The position numbers and the translations under genes were made by a program. DNA of 64,000 nt, taken from contig OZ245003.1 of assembly GCA_965223425.1 (NCBI GenBank), positions 672,001-736,000 on the forward strand, given 5' to 3'. Positions 31,446 through 39,985 of the stretch are shown here, piece by piece. The stretch's first letter is position 1, and every line of letters begins with the position of its first letter. The notes beneath the pieces are model-generated. The model did not search any database, was not told where the DNA came from, and saw nothing but the letters and a program-made list of their open reading frames with translations. Source of the DNA: Nitrosopumilus sp. (GTDB lineage: Archaea > Thermoproteota > Nitrososphaeria > Nitrososphaerales > Nitrosopumilaceae).

Positions 31446-32000
31446 CTACCAGATTGTGTTGAAATATTTCCAACCATAAAAAGCAGCAATGGTTCCAATT
31501 ACAAACAGCATTGGCTTCCATGCAAACACTGGAATGCTTGGAGTTGCAAGTTTTACTTTATAGTTATCTACAATGGCATGGACGTTTTTTTTAATTTTAT
31601 CGTGCCAGATGCTGTATTCTACCTGATATTTTTTTAGAATCTCTTCTACCTCATAAACAACAGGCGTTCTCTGTGAAAAGAGATGCTGAAGATAATCCCT
31701 TGAAACCTCCACTTCTGCATGAATTCCAATTAGCCCCCTTCTAAGATCAACCATTCTGACATGCATCTCCCACGGTTTTTTCAACTTCAAATTGAGACCG
31801 TTTCCAATCTGCTCTGGTTGCTTGTGTTCAAGTTTTACTTTGGTAAATCCTTCTTCAGTAAAAATTTTCATCAGTTCTTCAAAACTTTTCTTTACTACAA
31901 TGTGGAGTTGCTCCACTCCTTCTTTACCATCCACATCTATCCTGTGTTTTATCCCATCAAGGAATGAAACTGTTTTTGGATATGTGGTAAGATATTCCAT
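31446..32000 (-). CDS. Hypothetical protein with C-terminal TM helix
   Basis: 184-aa ORF, WEMHVR...IHAEVEVSRDYLQHL. Confidence 0.65.
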   Translation of the reverse strand: MEYLTTYPKTVSFLDGIKHRIDVDGKEGVEQLHIVVKKSFEELMKIFTEEGFTKVKLEHKQPEQIGNGLNLKLKKPWEMHVRMVDLRRGLIGIHAEVEVSRDYLQHLFSQRTPVVYEVEEILKKYQVEYSIWHDKIKKNVHAIVDNYKVKLATPSIPVFAWKPMLFVIGTIAAFYGWKYFNTIW

Positions 32001-32048
32001 TATTTTGTCCCCAAAATACCTCTATTTAAAGCAGAACTAACTAGAATT

Positions 32049-32822
32049 CTACTCTGGAGAGTTTGATAATCCTCTAACGTAAACACATTGATCTGGGGAT
32101 ATTGCCATCTCTGAAGGATTAATTTTTCTATCTGTAAGTTTTGCGCCTGAGTTTCTTACTATTGCAAATGGTTTTGATTCTGCACCCTCGCCCATCTTAT
32201 GATTTGCAATAGTTGCAAGATTATCTACTACTGCTTGAAATGTTACCTTTAGCGGGTTGTCATCCAGATCTTTTTCAGCTCTCATGTCTAAGACGGGTTC
32301 AATTCCGGCACATGCTACTGCGACCCCTGATGTTCCAACCCTTGCCGGCATCAATCTACTGTCTACTAGAATCACTCCAACATGAACAAGCATTTTTAAG
32401 AAAATTTTTCTACGAATTTGCTCTGCAATAAGATATGGATTTGTTGGATATAGAATGACCCTGCCTTTTTTTGCGTTGGATTTGTCAATTCCAGCATTTG
32501 GTGCCATTATATTGTCTGATGATGTGATTACAAATCCTCCTATCCCGCCAAAAATTTTGTCAGATTCTCTTACAATGACTTCGGCAATTTCTGGCTTCAA
32601 TTGAAATTTTTTTGAAACTTCTGAACCCTCATCTGAGGTTCTAATTTTTTGAAGGTCTATAACTCTCCCTTGTGAACTTGAGATATATTTTGTTGAAATA
32701 ACCAAAACATCCCCATTTTGCAGTTTAGATCTGTTTTTTCCTAGTGTTTTTACTAGTGCCTCAAAAACCTCAAATTTTTCATCCATTCTCTCTGCTAAAA
32801 GAGGTAAAACGGTTAATTGCAC
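32049..32822 (-). CDS. cofE: Coenzyme F420-0:L-glutamate ligase
   Basis: DVLVISTK, PNAGIDKSN, VILVDSR, GEGAESKP. Confidence 0.9.
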   Translation of the reverse strand: MQLTVLPLLAERMDEKFEVFEALVKTLGKNRSKLQNGDVLVISTKYISSSQGRVIDLQKIRTSDEGSEVSKKFQLKPEIAEVIVRESDKIFGGIGGFVITSSDNIMAPNAGIDKSNAKKGRVILYPTNPYLIAEQIRRKIFLKMLVHVGVILVDSRLMPARVGTSGVAVACAGIEPVLDMRAEKDLDDNPLKVTFQAVVDNLATIANHKMGEGAESKPFAIVRNSGAKLTDRKINPSEMAISPDQCVYVRGLSNSPE

Positions 32823-32889
32823 AGTATTCTAAGCATCCTTTTTCTTTTTTATTGTTCTGAAAAGCTTTTAATCTGTAGAACAAGCTTTT

Positions 32890-34167
32890 TTGGTTATGAA
32901 TATTGTTGAGAAGATTTTAGCATGCGCGTCTGGAAAATCTTCTGTATCCCCTGATGATGTTATTTTTGCCAATGTCGACAAGGTAATGGTTCATGATGTA
33001 TCCGGACCGGGCGTAATCAAGGTATTTGATAAACTAAAGAAACAGGGTATCTCAGTTGATAAATTATGGGATCCCACAAAAGTTTGGGTGGCCGAAGATC
33101 ATTTTGTTCCTTCAGCCGAAAAAGTATCTGCGGAAAATATTGTAAAACTATCAAACTTTACAAAAAACTATGGAATTGAAAAGCATTTCAAATACGGTAT
33201 GGGACAATATGGAATCTGTCATACGCTATCTCACGAGGAAGCAATGGTGATGCCCGGTGATGTTTATGTCGGCGGTGACTCTCATACAAACACAACTGGT
33301 GCATTAGGTGCATTTGCGTGCGGATTGGGACATACAGATATTGCCTATGTGTTACTGAATGGCAAAATTTGGTTCAAGGTTCCAGAAACCTACTACTTTA
33401 AGCTTAATGGGAAGCTACCTGACCATGTAATGGCCAAAGACTTGATTTTAAAAATAATTGGTGAAATAGGAACTGATGGCGGTGCATATAGGACCATGCA
33501 GTTTGGTGGAAGCGGTGTTGATGAAATGTCCGTCCAAAGCAGACTGACATTATGTAATATGACCACTGAAGCAGGTGCAAAAAATGGGATTGTCGAGCCA
33601 GATCAAAAAGTGGCTGACTATCTTTCTAGCCGGGGCGCAACAAATGTAAATCTGGTTAATGGTGATGATGATGCAGAATATGCTAAAGTGTTTGAATTTG
33701 AAAGCTCAGAAATGGAGCCAGTTATAGCAAAACCGTTCTCTCCTGAAAATATATCAGTTGTAAGAGAGGCCCCCTCTGTTGAACTGGACAAATCATACAT
33801 TGGGTCTTGCACCGGTGCAAAGTACGAGGATTTGGAGGCAGCAGCAAAAATCCTCAAAGGAAGAAAAGTAAAGATTAGAACTGAAATTTTACCTGCAGCC
33901 GTTTCAATCTATCGGCGCGCAATGGAGAATGGCCTGTTGAAAATTTTCCTAGATGCCGGCGCGACTGTTGGCCCTCCCACTTGCGGAGCGTGCTGTGGCG
34001 CTCACATGGGTGTTTTGGCAAAAGATGAGATCTGTATTAGCACCACCAACCGAAATTTTCCTGGAAGAATGGGCCATGTTGAATCCCAAACATACCTTTC
34101 ATCCCCCTTGGTAGCAGCTGCATCGGCAGTTACTGGAAAAATCACTGATCCGAGGGACTTGGAATGA
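32890..34167 (+). CDS. Archaeal-type isopropylmalate/homoaconitate isomerase, large subunit
   Basis: DHFVP, GICH, GGDSHT, IGSCTG, CGACCG, TTNRNFPGRMG. Confidence 0.9.
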   Translation: MVMNIVEKILACASGKSSVSPDDVIFANVDKVMVHDVSGPGVIKVFDKLKKQGISVDKLWDPTKVWVAEDHFVPSAEKVSAENIVKLSNFTKNYGIEKHFKYGMGQYGICHTLSHEEAMVMPGDVYVGGDSHTNTTGALGAFACGLGHTDIAYVLLNGKIWFKVPETYYFKLNGKLPDHVMAKDLILKIIGEIGTDGGAYRTMQFGGSGVDEMSVQSRLTLCNMTTEAGAKNGIVEPDQKVADYLSSRGATNVNLVNGDDDAEYAKVFEFESSEMEPVIAKPFSPENISVVREAPSVELDKSYIGSCTGAKYEDLEAAAKILKGRKVKIRTEILPAAVSIYRRAMENGLLKIFLDAGATVGPPTCGACCGAHMGVLAKDEICISTTNRNFPGRMGHVESQTYLSSPLVAAASAVTGKITDPRDLE

Positions 34168-34655
34168 GGGGCAACATCATAAAGTACGCACAGGACAACA
34201 TTGACACTGACGTAATTATTCCGGGCCAATATCTGAAAGTACATGATTACGCTGAGCTTGCCACTCATGCGATGGAGGGGCTGGATCTTGACTTTCACTC
34301 GAAGGTAAAAGACGGTGATTTCATTTTATCTGGTAGAAACTTTGGATGCGGCTCATCCCGTGAGCATGCGCCCATTGCCTTGTCCCACTCTGGAGTAAAA
34401 GCCGTTCTTGCATTGTCTTTTGCAAGAATTTTTTATCGCAACGCAGTTGATGGCGCGTTCTTGTTGCCAATTGAAATCGATGAGGATGCATACAATGGTA
34501 TTTCCGAAGGCGATGAAATCGATATTGATGTCTCTTCTAATGAAATCAAAAACATTACTAAAAGCCAATCATACAAAATGAAGCCGTTCTCAGAAATCAT
34601 CGGAAAGATAATTGCTGCAGGCGGTCTCTTCAAGTACAAACCAGACCGGGATTGA
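34164..34655 (+). CDS. Archaeal-type isopropylmalate/homoaconitate isomerase, small subunit
   Basis: [34 protein letters not shown]. Confidence 0.9.
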   Translation: MRGNIIKYAQDNIDTDVIIPGQYLKVHDYAELATHAMEGLDLDFHSKVKDGDFILSGRNFGCGSSREHAPIALSHSGVKAVLALSFARIFYRNAVDGAFLLPIEIDEDAYNGISEGDEIDIDVSSNEIKNITKSQSYKMKPFSEIIGKIIAAGGLFKYKPDRD

Positions 34656-34656
34656 A

Positions 34657-36072
34657 ATGGGAAAGACTCTTTTTGAAAAAATTTGGAACTCTCATGTTGT
34701 TGCTGAAAAACATGGCGGCCCGTCTTTAATCTATGTTGACAGACACCTTGTACATGAAGTAACATCGCCTCAAGCCTTTGATGGACTGCGTATGAGTAAA
34801 AGAAAAGTCCGTCGACCTGATCTTACCGTTGCCACAATGGATCATAACGTTCCTACAAATGATCGCTCCCTTCCAATTTTAGATCAGGTCTCTGCAATTC
34901 AAATGCAGACGTTGGAAAAAAATTGTACGGATTTTGGAATTAAACTATTTGACATTAACAGTCCTAACCAGGGAATTGTACACGTGATAGGACCCCAGCT
35001 GGGAATCACCCTGCCCGGCTCTACAATTGTCTGCGGTGACAGCCATACGTCTACTCATGGGGCCTTTGGGGCATTGGCATTGGGAATTGGAACCAGCGAT
35101 GTTGAGCATGTGTTGGCATCTCAAACTTTATGGCTGGAAAAACCAAACCCTTTTGAAATTCGGATTGAAGGAAAAAGACAGAACCCTCACGCCGTTACTG
35201 CTAAGGACATCATGCTTTCAATAATCAAAAATATTGGCACCGGGGGAGGGGCTGGCACCGTAATTGAATATCGAGGTCGAGGCATTGCTGATCTTTCCAT
35301 GGACCAAAGAATGACTATTTGCAATATGTCCATTGAAGCCGGCGCACGTGCAGGTCTGATTGCACCTGATGGGAAGACTTTTGAGTATCTTAGGGACAGA
35401 GAATACACTCCAAAAAACTATGAATCCCTTGTTGACTCCTGGAAAGAAAGTTTAAAGACAGATGGTGACGCAAAATTTGAAAGGCAATTCACCTTGCATA
35501 TCGATAATATTGCACCCCAAGTTAGCTGGGGAACAAACCCTGGAATGACTTGTGATGTTACCGAATCCATTCCACATCCTGATGAATTCTCCAGGGGCGA
35601 TGTTAGTCAAAAAAAGAGCGCTGAAAAAGCACTTGACTATATGGACTTGAAACCCGGAACTCCAATTGAAGATATCAAAATTGACAGGGTGTTTATTGGT
35701 TCTTGTACTAATGCGCGCTTGGAAGATCTTATTGAGGCATCCAAAATAGTTCAAGGACAAAAAATCTCACCAAATGTCAGGGCAATGGTCGTTCCCGGAT
35801 CTCAGATGGTGAAAAAACAGGCTGAGGACATGGGCATTGATAAAATCTTCATTAATGCTAATTTTGAATGGCGAGAAGCTGGATGTAGCATGTGCCTTGG
35901 AATGAATCCTGATATTTTATCGCCTGGTGAAAGGTGTGCCAGCACATCAAATAGGAATTTTGAAGGCAGGCAAGGAGCCGGCGGAAGAACTCACCTGGCA
36001 AGCCCTGTGATGGCCGCAGCAGCTGCAATCCACGGACATTTCGTAGACGTAAGGAACCTGGATCTGAATTAA
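34657..36072 (+). CDS. leuC: 3-isopropylmalate dehydratase large subunit (bacterial type)
   Basis: [55 protein letters not shown]. Confidence 0.95.
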   Translation: MGKTLFEKIWNSHVVAEKHGGPSLIYVDRHLVHEVTSPQAFDGLRMSKRKVRRPDLTVATMDHNVPTNDRSLPILDQVSAIQMQTLEKNCTDFGIKLFDINSPNQGIVHVIGPQLGITLPGSTIVCGDSHTSTHGAFGALALGIGTSDVEHVLASQTLWLEKPNPFEIRIEGKRQNPHAVTAKDIMLSIIKNIGTGGGAGTVIEYRGRGIADLSMDQRMTICNMSIEAGARAGLIAPDGKTFEYLRDREYTPKNYESLVDSWKESLKTDGDAKFERQFTLHIDNIAPQVSWGTNPGMTCDVTESIPHPDEFSRGDVSQKKSAEKALDYMDLKPGTPIEDIKIDRVFIGSCTNARLEDLIEASKIVQGQKISPNVRAMVVPGSQMVKKQAEDMGIDKIFINANFEWREAGCSMCLGMNPDILSPGERCASTSNRNFEGRQGAGGRTHLASPVMAAAAAIHGHFVDVRNLDLN

Positions 36073-36073
36073 A

Positions 36074-36658
36074 ATGGAACCCTTTAAAAAAGTAAAAAGC
36101 GTTGCGACTCCGCTTGATGAGGTCAATGTCGACACTGATCAAATTGTTCCAAAACAGTTTTTAAAACTGGTACAAAAGTCTGGATTTGGAAAATTTTTGT
36201 TCTATAACTGGCGATATGATGAAAACGGGAACATGAAACCTGATTTTGTTTTGAATGATTCTGCATATGATAATTCTAATATTCTTGTAACTGGGGACAA
36301 TTTTGGCTGCGGTTCTAGTCGTGAACATGCGGTTTGGGCTCTTCGGGACCATGGCTTTTCTGTTATTATTGCACCTTCTTTTGCTGACATCTTCTTTAGT
36401 AATTGTTTTAAAAACGGAGTCTTGCCGATTTCATTAGATGCAAAAACAGTTGAAACGCTACAGCAAGAAACAAGCCCAATTGAAGTGGATCTAGAAAAAC
36501 AAATTATCAAAACTTCTTCTGCAGAAATATCTTTTGGGATAGATTCGCACAAGAAAAAAATTCTTTTAGAAGGTTTGGACGATATCGCGCAAACTTTTCA
36601 GTTTGAAGACAAAATTTCTGCATTTGAAAAAGAGTCTAAAACCCCATCTGTTTTATAA
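36074..36658 (+). CDS. leuD: 3-isopropylmalate dehydratase small subunit
   Basis: [33 protein letters not shown]. Confidence 0.95.
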   Translation: MEPFKKVKSVATPLDEVNVDTDQIVPKQFLKLVQKSGFGKFLFYNWRYDENGNMKPDFVLNDSAYDNSNILVTGDNFGCGSSREHAVWALRDHGFSVIIAPSFADIFFSNCFKNGVLPISLDAKTVETLQQETSPIEVDLEKQIIKTSSAEISFGIDSHKKKILLEGLDDIAQTFQFEDKISAFEKESKTPSVL

Positions 36659-37379
36659 TCTTCTGTACTGCTTTTTCATTTCTTTCCAAAATCATGGGCG
36701 ATTCTGCATCAATCCATTCCATATTTCCAATATCAAAAGCACTAACCCTCCCTTCTTTTGATATTTGTTGTAAAATATCATATGAAAGATTGATTGTTTT
36801 CTGTTTTTGTTTCTGTTTCTGTTTCTGTTTTTGTCTTGCTTTGATTCGCTTGATGATGTCCTTTCTGAGCATGTATATTCCCAAACATTCTGATAGTTGT
36901 AGCTTCATGACTGGCTTCTCTTTAAATTCAGTTATGATGCCATTTTTTACAACTGCAAATCCCGTTTCTTCTTTTCTTTTTGTCCTGGTTGCGATGCATG
37001 CAGAGCCCTTTTTCTTTCTGAAAAACTCCTTCATCTTTTTTAGATCGATTGCGCACAAGTTATCCACAAACCATAACAAAAATTCTGATTCATTTTTGAG
37101 CTTTCTCTCAATATGTAACAGATCTCCCCCTGTGCCGCTCTGTGAATCTTGAACCAGACTGATGTTTTTTTGACTTTCATAATAATTTCTGATCTGGCCT
37201 CCTAATCCGTTGAAATCTGAAACTATTACGATTTCTTTTACAAAACTAAATGATTGCAGATATTTTACAACATAATCAATTAACGGCTTGCCGTTAATTG
37301 GGGTCATTGCTTTTGGAAAATACTCTGTATATGGCTTGCCTCTGGTTCCTTTGCCGCCTGCTAAAATTACAGCCTTCAA
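36636..37379 (-). CDS. Sugar-phosphate nucleotidyltransferase with an internal (QK)5 repeat
   Basis: AVILAGGKGTR...PKAM motif. Confidence 0.88.
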   Translation of the reverse strand: MKAVILAGGKGTRGKPYTEYFPKAMTPINGKPLIDYVVKYLQSFSFVKEIVIVSDFNGLGGQIRNYYESQKNISLVQDSQSGTGGDLLHIERKLKNESEFLLWFVDNLCAIDLKKMKEFFRKKKGSACIATRTKRKEETGFAVVKNGIITEFKEKPVMKLQLSECLGIYMLRKDIIKRIKARQKQKQKQKQKQKTINLSYDILQQISKEGRVSAFDIGNMEWIDAESPMILERNEKAVQKIIKQMGF

Positions 37380-37382
37380 AGT

Positions 37383-37832
37383 CTAACGGTATGATTTCTG
37401 TTTTCTTCTTCTTGCACCAGGCCCGCCAAATTTCTTTGGTTCTTTTCGTCTGGCATCTCCACTAATCAGATATTTGTCAAATTCTGTAATTCGTTTTCGA
37501 AGGTCTTCTCTGGTAGATTTTGGAAATGGATGTTCTTTTGGGTCTTTTTTGGATTTTGTCCATCCTGTAAGCGCCCTTGATATTCCGGTTGCAACTGCAC
37601 TGGCTTGTCCCATAAAACCGCCGCCTCTTACTCTGACTGAAATGTCTATTTTGTCTCTCAACTTGCCTGTAATTTCCAGTGGTGCAAAAATTACCTCACG
37701 TGCGGTCTCTTGTGGAATCATTTCTACTGGAACGTTGTTGATTCTAACCTTGCCCTGCCCTTTTGTAATGTAGACATGTGCGCTAGCTGCTTTCCTGGTT
37801 GCAAAATAAATTTCAGTTTTTGGAATTGTCAT
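37383..37832 (-). CDS. rps9: 30S ribosomal protein S9
   Basis: VRGGGFMGQA...DARRKEPKKFGGPGARRRKQKSYR. Confidence 0.97.
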   Translation of the reverse strand: MTIPKTEIYFATRKAASAHVYITKGQGKVRINNVPVEMIPQETAREVIFAPLEITGKLRDKIDISVRVRGGGFMGQASAVATGISRALTGWTKSKKDPKEHPFPKSTREDLRKRITEFDKYLISGDARRKEPKKFGGPGARRRKQKSYR

Positions 37833-38293
37833 TCAGTCCACCCTATTACTCTGCCCAATTCTCCCATTGTGGTATAGTTTGATGCAGATTTTTTAATCTT
37901 TGCTTTCTCAAATTGAATTTTTTCAAGCGATTTTAGTTCTTTTGGCGAACCAATGTATGCTCTAAGTCTCTTGTGTGCTGTAATGCCTGATGGCTTTTTT
38001 TCATAGGGCAGCATTCCACGAATCATTTTCGTAATCATTGTATCTGGTCTTCTATAGTGGACGGGCCCATGTTTTGGATTAATGATGCTGTTAATTTCTA
38101 GAAACTCTCTATACTCTTTGATAATGTTTGATCTGGTTCCACTCATCATAATCTTCTCACAATTTACAAGTGATACTCTGTTTCCTTTGAGTAATAGTTT
38201 TGCAACGTGTGATGATAACCTACCTGCAATATGGTCTGTTGCATCCACTACAATCGGCCTGTCTGTTCTTACAACAGTTTCTTGTTTAGCCAA
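37829..38293 (-). CDS. rpl13: 50S ribosomal protein L13
   Basis: VVDATDHIAGRLSS...GPVHYRRP...IRGMLP. Confidence 0.95.
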   Translation of the reverse strand: MAKQETVVRTDRPIVVDATDHIAGRLSSHVAKLLLKGNRVSLVNCEKIMMSGTRSNIIKEYREFLEINSIINPKHGPVHYRRPDTMITKMIRGMLPYEKKPSGITAHKRLRAYIGSPKELKSLEKIQFEKAKIKKSASNYTTMGELGRVIGWTE

Positions 38294-38633
38294 GTAAAAC
38301 GACTCCTTTTCCAGTAGGATTTTGTTCAATTAATTCTGAATAACCAATTAATTTGCCCCCGTTATCTGTTATTTTACCTGCCGCTGAGTTTGAAATTGAA
38401 AATGAACATAACGTGATTTTATGAGAAACATTACCTGTTCCAAGAACTTTTCCTGGAAAGACCACAGTATCGTTTTCTTTTGTTAGTTGGCCAATCCTGT
38501 TCAAATTGATGTCCCGTCTTGCAATAGATGGTTTTAGTGCATATTCTGCCAGTTTTGCCCAAATTGGGGCATCGTTTTTGATTGAAGCCTTTTTTAGATC
38601 TTTGGCCATACGTATAACCACTTGATTAGTCAT
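38286..38633 (-). CDS. rpl18e: 50S ribosomal protein L18e
   Basis: APIWAKLA...INLNRI...VFPGKVLGTG. Confidence 0.95.
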   Translation of the reverse strand: MTNQVVIRMAKDLKKASIKNDAPIWAKLAEYALKPSIARRDINLNRIGQLTKENDTVVFPGKVLGTGNVSHKITLCSFSISNSAAGKITDNGGKLIGYSELIEQNPTGKGVVLLG

Positions 38634-38678
38634 GTGAATATTGCGGTTTAAAACCCAAATATAATGTGTATGCTTAGT

Positions 38679-39317
38679 TTATTCTTCGATTTTGCTGATC
38701 ATGTCTTTGAATTCGCTTAATCTGCTACTTACCTCGTTTACTCCTGCAAGAATAATTTGTTCTGGACTGAGAGCCCCGGTTGATTCTACAGTGAGAACTC
38801 TTTCGTTTTCTTTGTCTGTTTCAGTAAGCATTGATACATTTGCAGAATTCCATTTGGCATGCTGTGTTCCGCGTCCAAGTTTTGCATAACATTCAATTTT
38901 GATTCTTTGACCTGGAGCTAGTTCAACAAGTGCAATTTTATCTGAAATTGGTTTTATTGAATCATCCTCAGAGGATAATTCATTTGAAAGAACAGTTCTT
39001 GTTTCGTCTGATTCTCCAGAATCTAACACCAACATGACTTTGCAGTTTGAGCAGCCAGACTCACTCTGACATTCACATTTGGATGGTTCATTAAATCTGG
39101 CCAAATCTGTTTTTAATGGAATTAGTCCTAATCTGTGTGCCAATCCCTCGTCAGGTAATACAGAAGAATTTTCTATAATGTCAACTGTATCAATAGCAAA
39201 AACTGGTACGCCATTTAGACAAATACGTCTAAGTGCATTTGCATACTGTAAAGGAACGTTTTTCATCTTTACGGACATTTTTTGATTATCTTTGCTGATT
39301 ACTTCTAGGGATGACAA
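38679..39317 (-). CDS. rpoD: DNA-directed RNA polymerase subunit D (Rpo3)
   Basis: ANALRR, ENSSVLPDEGLAHRLGLIPL, LGRGTQHAKW, VESTGAL. Confidence 0.95.
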   Translation of the reverse strand: MSSLEVISKDNQKMSVKMKNVPLQYANALRRICLNGVPVFAIDTVDIIENSSVLPDEGLAHRLGLIPLKTDLARFNEPSKCECQSESGCSNCKVMLVLDSGESDETRTVLSNELSSEDDSIKPISDKIALVELAPGQRIKIECYAKLGRGTQHAKWNSANVSMLTETDKENERVLTVESTGALSPEQIILAGVNEVSSRLSEFKDMISKIEE

Positions 39318-39920
39318 ATCTTGAACAAAATCTTCAAAGTCCACATAAAAATCTAGCTAGTTTTACGTATGGATGAGGACGAATAACCCTTTGTTATCGA
39401 TAATTCAAAACACCTCGTCTCTGAAAATTTTACTTTCATGTGTTTTGTGGCAATAAATCCTATGTCAGTGTCCTCTCTCATGATCGAGTATGTATTCTGA
39501 ACTAAGACGTTTATGACCATTTTCTTTAATTGTAGTATATGAAAATTATTTCGCCCAGTCATCAGTGTCCTCCTCCCTCCATTTCGGGTTGTCTTTCCTG
39601 ATCGTATCTATGGCCTTTCTATGTCCAAATGCCCGTAGTGAGGTCTCACATCAGTTTACTGAAAGCTAGTCTTTTCATAACTTCAACTTCAAGTACAAAA
39701 ATCCCCGTTGTTTTTACTAGTTTAGGCAGGGTTAGCAACAGACTACTGAAAACGCAAACTATATTATCAAACCTTTTCATAGTCATATATTGGAAAATAA
39801 TTCGTCTGCCAGAGTAGCCGTTTCTAGTTTAATAAATTACATGGATGCAAGTTGTTGTTGTTGTCATGCGTCAAAATTATCTGCCTCCTTTCTGCGCGTA
39901 ACCTTTGATACTCCGCCCGC

Positions 39921-39934
39921 GGGGGGGGGGGGGG
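39921..39934 (+). repeat. G14 homopolymer in the leader of giant gene 1
   Basis: Direct read; 51 nt upstream of the TTG start. Confidence 0.9.
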
Positions 39935-39985
39935 TTAGCAGCAGCAGTAATGGTGGGAGAAGAAGAGTACAGGAGAGTCTGAGAG

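Noticed and set aside
39353-39790. Short ORFs between rpoD and the giant-gene leader
   Set aside because: Possibly a degraded gene fragment, but no family or clear IS terminus could be recognised
39980-39982. Selenocysteine recoding of the conserved TGA
   Set aside because: No redox motif context, no recognisable SECIS, and Sec is not established for this lineage
39921-39985. Poly-G as a classic in-CDS frameshift switch of the giant gene
   Set aside because: An in-frame TGA lies between the tract and the start in both genes, so no tract length fuses upstream sequence to the giant ORF
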